Shown here in pieces: positions 1 to 13,010 of a stretch of DNA of 64,000 bases. The translations under genes were made by a program, and so were the position numbers. Origin of the DNA: Phyllosticta citribraziliensis (Eukaryota); the NCBI RefSeq assembly GCF_038025025.1, contig NW_027117348.1, positions 496,001 to 560,000 on the forward strand. The letters run 5' to 3'. The notes beneath the pieces are model-generated. The model saw only the letters and a program-made list of their open reading frames with translations, was not told where the DNA came from and ran no database searches. Within the stretch, counting starts at the first letter, position 1; every line of letters begins with the position of its first letter.

Positions 1-3000
1 CAGAATCTTGCTTGCTTGCGCCTCGCCTCCTGCACACGGCCATCAAAACTGCCAAACAACTCCATTCGCGGACATCACGAGCCACATGTCCGGCACTTGT
101 TGCTTGGCGAGTCGAGACACTAGCCGCCGGCGGGACCTTTTTTCTGTGACTCGAAGGGGCTGGCTTACGATGATGAATCGATGATGATGGCGAGTGCCGC
201 AGAAAAGACCAGCAAGCCTCCCCGAGACCCCGACTTTCCACGTGCAGTCGGTCCCGAACTTCGGCCTTTCCCGCCCGGATGATCTGTACCGATTTGGCCA
301 ATCTTCCGCTTGGCAGTTGTGTAGGCGCGACGGGGGGGATGTGTTGACTGTCGAGAGTTGGAGCAGCACGACAAGCTCCCATCTTTGCCGGAGACGAAGG
401 ACCCAATGTAGGTTCGCAGAGCCCCTGCTCGTCGAGAGCCTGCCTGCTCCGCGGCAAAAGAGTCATGATGAAGACAGAAAGAAAGACGGCGCGTCATTCT
501 GGCGTCAACTTCTCAAGTATTTTGTGCTGACGTCCGTCAGACTTTTGCGGCATTCTGTGTGCTGATCAGCTCGCCAAAAAAAAAAAAAAAAAGATCGTCA
601 GGTACAGCGGCTGACGGTCTCAGCCTGATGCAACATCCACCATCGAGAAACAGGGCTTTGCGAGGGAGTTGCCGTTTCGCCGTGCCAACAACCGAAGAGC
701 CCAGACTATCGGCAAGCCGATCGGGACGAATGCCAACGCCTTGGCTCGCTTGTGTGGCATCCAATACCGCCCCTGAAGACGACAAGGAGAACGCGGTGGA
801 GCGTTTGGTCAGCGAGATTCTGCCTTTTGGATGTCGAGTTGGAGGGGCGCGAGAAGACGTGGCACTGGCTGCGTTAAGCGATCGGGAGCGACAGGCAAGT
901 GGAGACGGCATATGTAACGCTGCAGCTCAATTACGAAAGCAGTCTGAGGGTGGATCTTCTTTGTCGTAAGTGTTTCACATCTTTCTCCGCATCTTTTACT
1001 GCAACAGCGAGCGTTCAAGAACATGGCAGGGCCCAAGCCCAATCGCGATTTCGAACGACTGCTCCAGCCCGCGACGGTGGGTGGCAGCTCCCTTGGTGTA
1101 GTCCGGTGGCGAAGGACAAATCTCTGCCCACATAAAGTCCCTCAGACGGAGAAGCAACCCGAGAGTAGTGAGGGAGCCCTGTTGTGCATTCATCTGTCCA
1201 ATGTCGGCTTCGCTTCTTGATTTCTCAGCCCGGGTCTTTTCTTCTGCCGCCTGTGTTTTGTGAAGACCCACCAGTAGACAATGGATTCGGAAGTGACGAG
1301 TTCGTGTGGTCAACGGCATGAGTAAAGACGATTCTGCGAAAGGTAGAAGCGCGATGACTTTTTGGAACAATTTTCTTCTCAAGGTGGTTTTAGGGGCGCG
1401 GGCGCGGTCGCGGTTGCGTGTCGCGCAGCTCGCGTCGTGTTGGCGTCGGGTGGTTGCAACGTCCTCGCCGCTGGTTGTCACTCACACGATACTCCCCTCG
1501 ACAAGCTTTTGGATAAGCACCGATGCTGGTCTGGATGGCACCCCTTTCCTCAGCCTTCAAGGTCTCAATTCAGCGCTGATGAGGCCGCTTCACAAGGCCC
1601 ACGCCTTCATTCTCCAGGAACGGCGCAGGATTCTTCGAGCGTTTTCGAGAGGTCCCCAGGCGCTAGAGGACAACACAAAGACAGTTTGAGCATGGCCACA
1701 GAGCTTCCAGACATGTTTCCCCTCGGCTAACCACATGCCAATCGCAGGTTCTTGTCTTTTTCCTGATATCAGATTGTGGTCGCTCAGAACCTTCGATAAG
1801 AGTGCGGCATTTTCCAACGTTCCAGCAAACCAGCATCTCCTCGGACGTTGTTCCGTTCTGCCGGGCCGTACCAGTCAGGGCAGCAAGCTTATCTGGACGT
1901 GGGCAACCTTCCGAACAAGCGGATGACGGCGGTGACATTGGATATCCGGCACTTTGGAAACGGTCCAGCAAGACGGCACGGGGCGGCTCGTTCAGGAAGG
2001 AGGTATGCAGGAGGATATTGGAGCGAAATGACGCACATGCAATGCAGGGCTTGGGTGGAAACAGAGACGAGCTGCGCGTAGTCAGCCTCGGCCTGGGCAT
2101 CAGCGACAGCTTGCTTGCAAATCTGTATCAGGAGTCCAGGCGAGAGAAGGTTGGATGCCAAGAGAGAAGGCCGCGAGAGTTGCGGAGAAGGGTCCTGAAT
2201 AAGGGGGGGTTGTCCATGGAGATTGATTGATGAAGCTAGGGCAGGGCAGGGCAGGCCGAATCATGTTCCTGGCGCCACGTGGCGAGCTTCGGCCTGGCCC
2301 GTCGTCTCCGCGCCAAACTTTCTGGAACATGGGAACACCAGGCACCGCGTCCTCTATTTCGACCTCAGCTCGCCGCAAACGCCCATCCACGCAGCCACAG
2401 CGAGCAGCAAATCCGCAGGCTTCTATTGAGATGACCCACGGAATCTCGGGCCGTTCCTCTTCGCAAGCCGTTCCGCCGCGAAGAGCCCGCGACCGCGTTG
2501 AGGGTGACCCCTGCGAGCCCCGGACGACGTCTGCTGCATTGGCGACCCCCGATCTTATGTAACTTGTGAGGACGTCCGACAGCGCAAGCCTGCTCCGACA
2601 ATTGTGCAGAGCGACCCCTCCGCGTTGACCCCAAACGGCGCATGCGGCGCAGCAAAAAGCAATCATAACCCGCGGTGACGAGTCCGCAAGCCAGGGGAGG
2701 AGCGGGAACAAGACTGGACGATCACGCTGGATGAGGAACAGAGGCCAGAGGTGATTTTTGCCGCCGCTGGTTGGGCTGGGGCTGGGGTGCCTGAGGGACC
2801 ACCCATATCCGACGCTGCTGCGTCATCCGATCACACCGCTCTCTTTAAGTCTCAAGTCTCAAGTCTGCTCCTATTTTTCTTTCCAAAGCCGCCTTGAGAA
2901 CCACCCAGTAGGAAGCACCAAACATTGGCGTCAGCCTTGACATCGTGCCCGAGAACTTCTGCGCTCAAATTGTCCCCAGCCCGTACCCGAGTCATTCGAG

Positions 3001-3850
3001 TCTCGGCCTCTTGCGCTTGGACGCGCTGATCCGAGTCCCCTTCACACTCGAAATAGCTGTCCGACCGCACCTCCAACCAACCTCGCCTATATTACGAAAT
3101 GTATTATGGACTTCGTCTCCCACCAAAAGTCTGTGGCAACAGATGTGAGCGAGGCTCCATTTTTTTTCAGCTTGCAGGAGCTTGACGTGTGCAGGAGACT
3201 TCGCTTGCACACCGTTTCGAAATCATGGACTGCTCGATGACTGCATCATCAAGAGCAGGAGCCGCGTCGCCCGGCATTCTTGACACATTCCCCGGTTCGA
3301 AATCTCCTGCCAGACTTGCAGGGCAAAGTCCAGGTGCCAGCGGGCTACAACTTCCGCTGGCCAGGATTTGCAGCCAACCAGCGCTGAGATACGTGGGCTG
3401 TGCGGGTCATTCGCCCGCTTTGGGTTGGCTCGCTATGCGACCAATCTCGCGCTTGGCTGATCTGCTTTGAACACTCCGTAGCTTGGGCCATCGTGGAAAC
3501 GGCAAACCGATGCTCTGCTCCTTTGGGCGTTGCGGGCTCGTGGCCCGCGAGCTCTGTCCCACACGGCTCCATAGGTATCGTTGCCCGGCCGTGCCGCTCC
3601 GCCTGCAAAACTAGTGTCCTTGATTGTGCTTCTGTAAATCCTTTCCTTTGGGAAACTACTTGGATCTCCCGGCCCAGACACGACCCTCTTGCCCGAGAAT
3701 AAGGAACCTTTACTATCCCATGTCCCGCCATCTTGTTTCCATCAGCCCTCTCGCATTGTTCGCCACCTCCAACCCGCATGCTTGGCACCGCCGCTGAATG
3801 ACCCTTACCATCCCTCTCTCATCGCCCCTCGACCCGCGGTCTCCCCAGAC

Positions 3851-5194
3851 ATGGAGGATAGGAGCCAGCAGATCCTGGCTGTTGGAGTTCTCTTCCTCTG
3901 CCTATGCTGGATCTCAGTCAGCCTCCGCGTGTATACACGTGCGGTAATCGTCAACTCATTCGGCTCCGATGACTGGACCATGCTGGCCTCGCTGCTTTTT
4001 ATCACTGGATACCTGGTCTGCCAGCTGGGGGGTGTCTATTACGGGTCCGGCCGAATGGATAATGATCTATCACCAGAGAACAAGAGGAAGGCTCTTCAGG
4101 TAAGTGCCCTCCTTGGTCTGCTCGACACATCTAACATATCGTAGTACTGGTTCTTTTGTGAGCTTTTCTATGCGGTGGGCTCCATGCTCTTGAAGATTGC
4201 CGTCGGAATCTTCTTGTTGCGCATAGCCGTCAAGAGAGTCCACATCCTCATCATCTACTTTGTCAACGCGGCCGCTGGCGTCTTTTCGATGGCCTACTTT
4301 CTCGCGTTCCTGCTGCAATGCAACCCCGTCCAAACATTCTGGACGATTGCGCCAAACAACGAACATTGCCTTGCGCCAACTACTGTGGTGGCCTTTACAT
4401 ATGCTGCTTCTGGACTTTCTTCCTGTGCAGACTGGGTCTATGGTGAGTGGGTTGAATGCTATTTCTGCGATACAAATTAACAGTTCTCAGGAATTTTGCC
4501 CGCTTTCATCGTTTGGGACCTACAAATGAACAATCGCACAAAGATTGTCGTGGTGGGCATTCTCAGTTTTGCGGCCATTGGCAGCACCGCAACGCTTGTT
4601 CGCATCCCCTACATTTGGTCAATGACGAGCGAGCGAGATTTTCTCTGTATGTCCGCACCAGCCAATCAGCGCATCACTTACTAACAGAGTCTAGACAACA
4701 CCACTGACGTCGCCATTTGGTCATCGATTGAGCCCGGAGTCGGTATGACGGCCGCCTGCATAGCAACGCTGCGTCCGCTCTTACAACGCATTCTTCATCG
4801 CACCGGCCTCTCCTCGCATTCGCGCACCCACAGCAGCCACCCCTTTACGCCAAACTGGGGCTCGGCCAATCAAATGGGCTCCAAGAGCCACCACTCACGA
4901 CCTAGCTACTTGCGAAATCCGGACGACATTCACGACCTGGAAACGCTGCGGCCGGACAATTCCACCACCACCACGACGTGCCACGGCGGTGCCCCTGGCG
5001 ATAAGTCGTGGCTGGAAAACGTGTCTGAGCACGGCTCCGAAGAGCACATTATCGAGACGACAGCCGACAACGCCGCCCTCGGCCTCCACATTTCAAAGCG
5101 TGTGCACGTCACCTCGGTCCGCGAGTCGGCTCCTGTGCACCACGAGAGCTATGAGCCAAACTGGCCAATGAAGCCAGACGACAGCATGGTCTGA
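3851..5194 (+). CDS. PTH11-like / rhodopsin-domain integral membrane protein (fungal GPCR-like), 4 exons
   Basis: ATG 3851; GT-AG introns ~4100-4144, 4443-4489, 4647-4694. Spliced product has multiple hydrophobic segments and family-typical motifs: VSLRVYTR, FGSDDWTML, LLQCNPVQTFW, LPAFIVWDLQM, WSSIEPGVGMTAACIATLRPL. Confidence 0.85.
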
Positions 5195-6504
5195 ACAATG
5201 AAACAATGAAAAAAAGAGCAAAAGAAAGAAGAGTTTGGGGAGAAAAACATTGTCGGTTTAATCATTTTATTAATCACCTTCACCGACACGGAGTTTGAAA
5301 GAGGCATCATCACGGCGCAGCGGCGCGAGAGGAGAGCGAAGTCGAGATTCAGAAGATTCCACGCAGCACTTGCCCTCGACTCGACCGCCGTTTGTGCCAG
5401 TGGAGCGGGGCGGGCCCCCGTGGATTAAGGAGCATCCCGCACCAGCGAGCAACCGCCATCGCACCCGTGGGCTCGAGCCGATGCTCTGATGCTGATGTCT
5501 GCTTGCTTGGAGCAATCGGCGGAGAAAGGGAACCAAAAAGATACCCACCACCACATTCCTTTACTTTCTTTCCTTTGTCTTATCATCATCGATACCTCCG
5601 CCTTTCCAATTCTTACGACGATCTACGGCTTTCACGTGCGTACGCGCCGCGTATGTTTGGTACGACTACAAACAGACGGGCAGGGAGGAAGAGGAGGAAT
5701 AAAAAGTAGAATATTTACACTAATAGCTGCCTCAAATACCCACACGCTTATATCATTCCATCAATACCGTTTCCAGAAGAATTACTCCCCGCAAAAGAAG
5801 ACATACTGGGAGTAAAGCAGTGGATGTGACAGAGGGGAGACTCCCTGGGTCTAGCTGCGCCAACGAACGACTGCTCCCAAAACACAAATGTAGCGGTGAG
5901 TGATTGCTCCCGGAGCACAAGTATGGTAGCGGTTGACGACTTCTTGGGCACAGCTCTGGCAGTGAATGAATGCTCCCTGCACGTAGCCCGATTGCAAAGG
6001 AGCCAGAAACTGAGCATTGTCACTGCCAACGGTTCTAGTTCTCTAGCCGAAGATGTTTCGAACAGTGAGTTATGGATCGACGAACAAACTGGCAGAGTGA
6101 CTTTCCTGACCGCACATTTCAGCAAGTCTCTTTGCAAGTCCGCGTTAAGTCTTGAGGTGCGCACAGAGAGCGTCAAAGCGATGCAGCGCTTTGCGAGAGG
6201 GACGAGGACGAGGTAGTCAACTCCGGGGCAAGATGCAATACTGCACCAGGATTCGCTGAAGGAGCATTCAGGACTCGGATCATTTTGTTGATCTTTGCGA
6301 GGTCGGCCAGATGTTGCACGACAGAGAGAGGATGAGGCTTGAGAGTTGGGGAGGGCGGTGGTGGCAGTCACCTCCGGCGCCTTCCTCCACATGCCGCCGC
6401 CGCCTCGTCGTCTCTGCGTCTTCCTCCTCCTCCACCCACCCACCATCTTCTCTCCCATCCACCCACACCCACCCACCCACATACACCCAACCCAGAATCG
6501 CAAA

Positions 6505-7366
6505 ATGGCAACAATCGTGCCAATCCCTCAAACAATCGGCTTCACCGGCGGCGGAAGCGGCGGCGGCGGCGACCCACCACGTCGACCAAACAGAAAACGG
6601 CCGAGGGAGCACGAAATCGACAATGAGCTCTACGCCAAAAGGCTGAAGGAGATTTACACGTAAGCTACAGTCCTACCACACAGAATTCCCCCTTCGTCTT
6701 ACAACCTTGTCTAATTCCATAAGCAGGAAGGAGTACATGAAGATCAAGTGCTGCTGCTGCATGAAGCAAAAGCACGGCACTTGGGAGACATGCGACAGAA
6801 CCTGCTACTGGTGTGGTAGGAAACACGTCGGCGAGCGGTGCATCAGCAGAGGTCGAAACTTCTACAAGAAGCATGGTGGTCAATGGCAGAGCGACATTCG
6901 TTCCCGGCAAGCCGACTTCGAGGCCTACGACCACGCACCTGCCCCTCAGAACCAACGGTCTGCAGGAGGAGACGTCACTCGGTACGACATGGAGCGTCGC
7001 TCGAACGTTCCCCGTGATGACGCTCGCAGCTGGCTTCATGGAAGCCATGCTGGAAATGCTGACTTTGCTCATCAATACTCCCAGGACAGGTACGACAGGT
7101 ACAACCGATCCCCTCCTCGGCCTGAAACCAACGAGCAAACGGCGCGCACCGAGACCGACGAACTCTGGAGGTCGATCCGCGATTTGCGCCAGGAGTGGCA
7201 GCAGCGATTTGAACAGCAGCAGCAGCAAATAGCGGGCCTGGAACAGAGTCTGAGTAATCTGCAGGCGGGGGTCCAACAGTACATCTATGTTCCGGATCAG
7301 CGGCAGCGACAACAACAGGGAGAGGAGGAGGAGGAGGAGGAGGAGCATTCCAACGCGGAGCCATGA
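6505..7366 (+). CDS. Orphan protein with tandem CCHC-like zinc knuckles and C-terminal coiled coil (paralogue 1)
   Basis: ATG 6505; phase-2 intron 6660-6726 (GTAAGC...CTAAT...CAG) joins EIYT to KEYMKIKCCCCMKQKHGTWETCDRTCYWCGRKHVGERC; Q/E-rich tail; clear paralogue at 8020. Confidence 0.75.
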
Positions 7367-7443
7367 GCAGGGCTACTGCAAAGTGTTTTCGGTGACCTGG
7401 TTTTGGGCAACTACCGTACCATCTTCTGGTGCGAAAGTGCCCA

Positions 7444-7578
7444 GCGTCTACGGACGGCCTCTGCGTCTTCGGACGGTCTCAGACTGCTTGGTGTTGTTAC
7501 ACAAGAACACCGACAGTCTCTGCGTCTTCGGACGGTCTCTGCGTCTACGGACGGTCTCTGCGTCTACGGACGGTCTCT
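7444..7578. repeat. 19-bp minisatellite GCGTCT(A/T)CGGACGGTCTCT, 2+3 copies
   Basis: Copies at 7444, 7463, 7522, 7541, 7560; partial copy near 7607. Confidence 0.9.
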
Positions 7579-8019
7579 CCTGGTCATTTCGTCTCTGTCT
7601 TCCATCTCGGACGGTGACCAGCGAAAGTGCGCCTTCAAGCGGATATCAACAGTAAGCAAAAGCCAATCCATAGAATGCCAATCAATTCAACTGTTGATGC
7701 AAGGTCTACGATTCCTTCAGTGCCATGTCTGTTGACCAAGTGATCCTGTCAGATTCGAATTCAAATCTATTTGAGTTCAGTACCAAAATGAAAAATACGT
7801 GAAAGCTGTTCCGCAACTGCAAACAACAAATGCATGAATAATTCTGAGAATTTTTCGAGCTGGTCCCGAGTTGGGCAAGTTTCCCCAGCAATCTCGGCGC
7901 ATGAATTTCGACACTGACGCCGCTGCTGCTGCGTCGTTCCGTATCGTCTGTGCCTACCCGTCGAAATCTTTCCACGTATCTCCACCCAGCACCAACAACA
8001 CACCCATGCACAAGCTATC

Positions 8020-9015
8020 ATGCCCACCATTCCTCCCAGACCTCCCAGACCTCGAAGAGACGAGTCCCATGGGGGCAGCAGCCTACCGCATCAGCCCAAC
8101 AACAACAAACGTGGCGGAGACCACGCTCTCGAAGATGAACGCGAACGCGAACGTCAACACAAAAGGCGCAAAGATTCGTAAGTCGCGGCGTCTGCCACGC
8201 TTCTTCTGGCTCAAAGCATTTTTTTGCGAAGACTCTTTAACTCATCAGTTAGCAGGGAGTTTATGAGGGGCAGATGTTGCTGCTGCATGCGAACAAAGCA
8301 CAGCGATTGGAGCGACTGCCTACGTACCTGTCACTGGTGCGGTAGAAAACACCCGGGCCACTGGTGCCGTGAGAAAGGCTACAGGTTCTTCGAAGAATAC
8401 GGTGGCGCAAGGTCTCGCGATCGAGAGACGGAAACACGGACTCGGGTCGACGAACGCAGGCCCTCGTTTGCTTCTCAGGACCGACGGTCTCCAGGGCCAG
8501 ACCAGCGTCGTTCGAACGCTCCCCGACAAGACGAGCGCCCCGGTCGCCTGCCTCACGACCAGGCTGATCTCGCTCGTGAGCACTCGCAAGAAAGGTACAA
8601 CCGATTGGCCGCTTGGATGGACAACAACGACATGCAGATCGGAGAACTCGAGCTGACCGTGACTGCCCAAGCCAAATCGATCCGCGACATCCGGCACGAG
8701 TTGGAGCAGCAGCGTCAGCAGCATACCAGGGAGATTGCAGAGTTGCAGAGGCAGAGGCAGGAAGAGATTCAGCAGCAACAGGCCCATGAGATCTCCCAGT
8801 TGCGGGAACGGCTGGAGCGGCTGGAGCAGCAGCAGCAAGAGCATGGTCAGGACATGGCCAATTTGCAAGAGGGAGTTCAGGATGCTCTGCCGTACGTCTT
8901 GATGCAGCAGCGGCAGCAGCAACAACAACAACAACAACAAATACAACAGCGAGAAGACAAAGACAAAGGAGAGGGATGTGAGCCGACACTGGGTTCTCCG
9001 ATCTTGATCGAATAA
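8020..9015 (+). CDS. Orphan protein with tandem CCHC-like zinc knuckles and coiled coil (paralogue 2)
   Basis: ATG 8020 (MPTIPPRPPRP); phase-2 intron 8178-8255; CCCCMRTKHSDWSDCLRTCHWCGRKHPGHWC has the same Cys/His spacing as paralogue 1; also shares RRSNxPRxD, SIRDxRxE and NLQxGVQ. Confidence 0.75.
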
Positions 9016-9256
9016 GGACCCACGGATGGTCTCCTGTCATCGCTGCTCCCCCTTTCTCGGGGCAACTCAGCGTCTTTGACCGTCTCGGGCTACCACGTCT
9101 TTTTCATGCCAGCAAAGGTTGCGTACTTCCGGGCGAGAAGGAGGAACGTGCGTAAACGCCAGCCTTGGTGCTGGGGGGTAAGAGTAATATGGTCCATCCG
9201 CGATGGAAGTTACGTCTCCATACCAAGACCAATATCGAATTAGAAAGGCGGCACCC

Positions 9257-9331
9257 CCATGTCAGAACAAGAGGTGCGCCATATCAGAACAAGAGATGCG
9301 CCACGTCAGAACAAGAGGTGCGCCATGTCAG
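9257..9331. repeat. 22-bp tandem repeat CCATGTCAGAACAAGAGGTGCG x3.4
   Basis: Copies at 9257, 9279, 9301 and a partial at 9323, with 1-2 substitutions each. Confidence 0.9.
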
Positions 9332-9661
9332 GGAAGCGGTCGCCTCCAAATTTTAGGTTGGTGGCGCCGTCAGGGTGCGTTCATACGTCCATATTCCGAC
9401 CATGCAACACCATGGCTCTGTCATCTTGTCGTGGAATGCCAATTGACTCGTACCGAAAAGCATGAAATGCAGGGGTACTCCAGCACACTCGCAAGTCCGC
9501 TCTCGAACTACATAAGGCCGCTTCTTCTGTCAGCCGTATTTCGTTTTCTATCTCTCCGTTTCTTCATTTGCCTGCCTGTCTGAGCTCTCTATCGCCCTTC
9601 TCCTCTCCACCAAAACAAACTAACATTACATTTCCCCTCCCACACGCCTCGACACACCAAA

Positions 9662-10054
9662 ATGTCGAACATTTCTCCACCCCGAGCACCCAGGAGCTTC
9701 TACGGGAAGCGCGGTCGGGAGGACTCGGGAGACGATAAACACTCACGCAAAAGAAATCGGACGTAAGTCGCAACGCCCTTCACATCATTACGCCCCACAT
9801 TACGAATGCCGGTGCTCACAGCCAGCTCCAGCGCTAGCCAAGGGCGGGAGAGTAGAACATCAAGGCCTGAAACCTATTACGGCTGGAGGGACTCTTACCG
9901 TCCGCACGATGGTTCCTGCGACGACGCCCGCGGGGACGAAATCGCTGCTTTAAGACGGGAAAATGAACGACTACAGCAGGAGCTCAGCCAAGACGTTCGA
10001 AAAAACTATCAAACTTTGTGCCGCGAAGGCCTCTTTCTACATCTTCGTCTGTAA
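9662..10054 (+). CDS. Small orphan coiled-coil protein, possible knuckle-less third family member
   Basis: ATG 9662; basic exon 1 (KRGREDSGDDKHSRKRNRT); phase-2 intron 9763-9825 starting GTAAGTCGC as in paralogue 2; exon 2 has RPET and DEIAALRRENERLQQEL. Confidence 0.45.
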
Positions 10055-10164
10055 GCTGATTAGCTACGGCGCTTCCAACGTTTAACCGAATGGCGATTTC
10101 TTGGGCATGGGGCCGAAAAGGTGAGCACGTCATACCCAGCTCCGCTTCGCTCTGCAGCGGATGG

Positions 10165-10336
10165 ACCAGGCACTCTCTCAAGTCGTCGATGAACGGGGAC
10201 GCAGAGAGAGAGAGAGAGGAATTCAGTGCCACGGGTGTCGGCCTCGTCCAAGTAAACAGACCAGGCACTCTCTCAAGTCGTCGACGGACGGGGATGCTCT
10301 GAGAGAGAGAGAGAGGGACTTCGGTGCCATTCAGTG
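10165..10336. repeat. Imperfect direct repeat (~95-bp period) containing (GA)n
   Basis: ACCAGGCACTCTCTCAAGTCGTCGA...GAGAGAGAG at 10165 and 10260. Confidence 0.8.
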
Positions 10337-11373
10337 CGAATCTGCAGCACGAGAGGGCCGATCATGTTCCGAAAGACGAGAACCAGGCACGCAAGTCGAA
10401 AGGCAAAGACGTGGGCGGAGAGCAATGTTTAGCAGCAGGTTGGGAGACTGCGGTAGCAAGCAGTCTTTCTATTAGATCCCAGGAGTTTCAGGGGTAGGGG
10501 TGGTGCGGGACTGACCATAGGCATAGCGACATTTGAATCATCCCGCCCGGGATGCCAACTTAAGAGGGAGAGAAAGATAGGCAGGCGGGCTTCTTTGCAG
10601 CTATGGATTTCTCTCCTTCGATGTGTTGTGGTAGACAAGTCTTCTTCTTTGCATGCATGTGCACACTGGGACGACACGCACATCGTTCGACGGCTCCTTC
10701 AACGTCAGTCTTTCATAGCCAAAACTCCCTTTTGATTTTCATTCAAAAAAAGTATAGACTCGAAGACGACGGACCGACTCTCCCTCCAACAGCGAAAAGG
10801 CGCCGGGGGAAGCATCGACGACCAAAGAAGGTAGACCAAAATCAGGAACGCAAGAACGTAACAACGTAAGACCGGAACCGGAAATACGAGAATCGAAAGA
10901 GGCAACCGAGCGGGCTTCTTTGCTGCAACGTGAATTTCTCTTCTTTGCATGTGTTGGTAGACTAGTCTTCTTTGCATGTGGATCGATATGTGTCTTGAAA
11001 GTTGAATCAAATAAATGGATGATGATCGGTGGAAGAAAGGACAGGTGCGCGGACAGACTGACAGATGGATGGATGGATAGGTATATGCGCAGGGCGGTGC
11101 AGTGCAGCAGTAATGTCTGACAGGCGAATGGCGGACAAATCGACGACGCGACTTGGCAAGAGATTCACGCAAAGGACAGAAAAACCAAAGACGGGGGCGC
11201 CAGACTCCAAACGACGCCATCGAGGTCGCGCGGGAAGATTGAAAGGACGGTAGCGAAAAACATGTCAGAGAGCCTCCCACCACGTAACCGGCTGGTTGAC
11301 CTGGCCAGCGTCAACACAATTTCAAAAACAGCTCGCACAACGCAGCGTATACCACTTTTCTCTTGTGCACCTA

Positions 11374-13010
11374 CTACTTGCCGGAAACCACGGCAGTGCT
11401 GGGAGCAGTGGACGTCGACACGAATAGCCTCCTTCCGATGTTGCCGAAGCAGACACAGCTGCAAAACAGCACACTCCAGAACCACGTCGCGGTGCCGAGC
11501 TGCTCGTAGCTGGGGCCAGCCGCGAAGAGCAGCGCTTCTTTGCCAGCCCCGCCGTTGCCCATGCCCGTCGACTGCCGCCACCGCAACGCAGCAGGGCCAG
11601 TGGTGCTCGGCGCGTTGTTGGACGAGGCCGACACGTTGGCGCCGACTATGGGCGGGGCGGGAATGACGACGGGCGCCGCTTCGCCCAGCAGTAACAGGAC
11701 GAAGGTGCCGGCAAGGCCGACGGCCGAGGAGAGGGTGAAGCCGGGTTTCGAGCGGTCGAGCAGGTACCAGAGGGCGGGGTTGACGAGGGCGAGGGTAAGC
11801 GAGACTTGGAGCGTTGATTGCCAGGGGAGTTTGCGCTGCAAAGTCAGTGTCGTCTCCCGTACAGATGTTGTGGACTTACAATGGCGAATGCTATCCCCAC
11901 AAACGCGCCGATGCTCCTCACGGCTTCAATCCAATCACTCCCGGCAGCATCTCTACCAAAAGCCTCGCTCTTTCTCCTGCCAGCCGGAAGGCGACGGTCA
12001 CCATCCCAGACCCAGTCAACCCAGGGCAATGCACTGCCGAGCGCAACGCCCGCGCATCCCCACAGCAGCAGATACGGCCAGTTGCGGCGGTCAATGCCCT
12101 CGGCCACACGAGCGCTATGAGCGGAAATGTGAATGTTTTCGTGGAGATGGGAGATGATGACGCCGTAGGCGACGCCAATGACGAAGAGGGCTGCGCCGCG
12201 GACGAAGAGCGGCAGGGCGCGTTTCTGGTGGAGATGGAGGTAATCCTGAGAGGCTCGGCGCTGGTGGTCGCGACTCGGCCGAGATTTGGAGTACGACGAC
12301 GCGGACGACGTAGTACTGTTCCTCCTGGCGTCATCGGCTGGCGGCGCCACGGCTCCCCCTAGTGATGCTGCTGCTGCTCCGGCGCCACCAACAATTCCCC
12401 CGCGTGATGATGTTGCTCCACTCTCGGTCGTATCAACCCCGCCGGGCCCCGCATACCCCGACCCCAGCCCCGCGGCCTCTGCAGAAGCGCGCAGTTTGTC
12501 CATGTCCAGCGCGCGGCTGCAGTAGTACGGATTGGACGAGTAGGCGTCTGCGTAGAACGTCGACGAGGGCGTCTCGGCGCCGGTGCCCCAAGGCGTGGCG
12601 GGCTCGGATGAGTCGCGGTTGACGTCGCTGGAACTGCTTCCATTGAAGTAGGCCATGGTGGGTTGGTAGATGCCAAACAGAGTGCTGCTGGTCAGGTTTT
12701 GGGTCGACCGCGAGCGGGGGACGTCGGCGGAGGGTGAATCGGCATCGTCCGAACACGTCGCGTCGAGGGTGTTGTTGAGCCTGGAGCTGCTGCGTCGGAG
12801 GGGTTTCTGGGGTTGGGAGAGACGGGATTCGAGCTGGGCGGAGAGAGATTGACCCAAGTCGCTTGAGAGTCGGGGCGGCGTTGGGGGGTGTGACTGGGCG
12901 GCCGGCGACGAGCCCGAGGATGAGGAGGTGGATCGAAGGTTCAATTCGAACGGTCGTCGAGGGAGAGGACGGAGGATGGGAGGGGCGTCGGGGTTGTGGT
13001 CTGGCGACAT
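11374..13010 (-). CDS. INSIG-domain protein (Nsg1/Nsg2-like HMG-CoA reductase regulator)
   Basis: Exon 1 13010-11880, intron 11879-11836, exon 2 starts RKLPWQSTLQVSLTLALVNPALWYLLDRS and contains WSVLFCSCVCFGNIGRRL; exon 1 ends VRSIGAFVGIAFAI. These motifs are typical of fungal INSIG proteins. Confidence 0.85.

Noticed and set aside
1..3700. Many overlapping short ORFs, some coiled-coil-like on the minus strand
   Set aside because: No recognisable motif or consistent splice model; a degraded or orphan gene cannot be excluded.
5748..6503. 251-aa minus-strand ORF
   Set aside because: Low-complexity start from CCCA-rich sequence, no motif, and overlaps the upstream region of the 6505 gene.
7444..9331. 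Short repeats as a CRISPR array
   Set aside because: Units are contiguous without unique spacers, the context is eukaryotic, and there are no cas genes.
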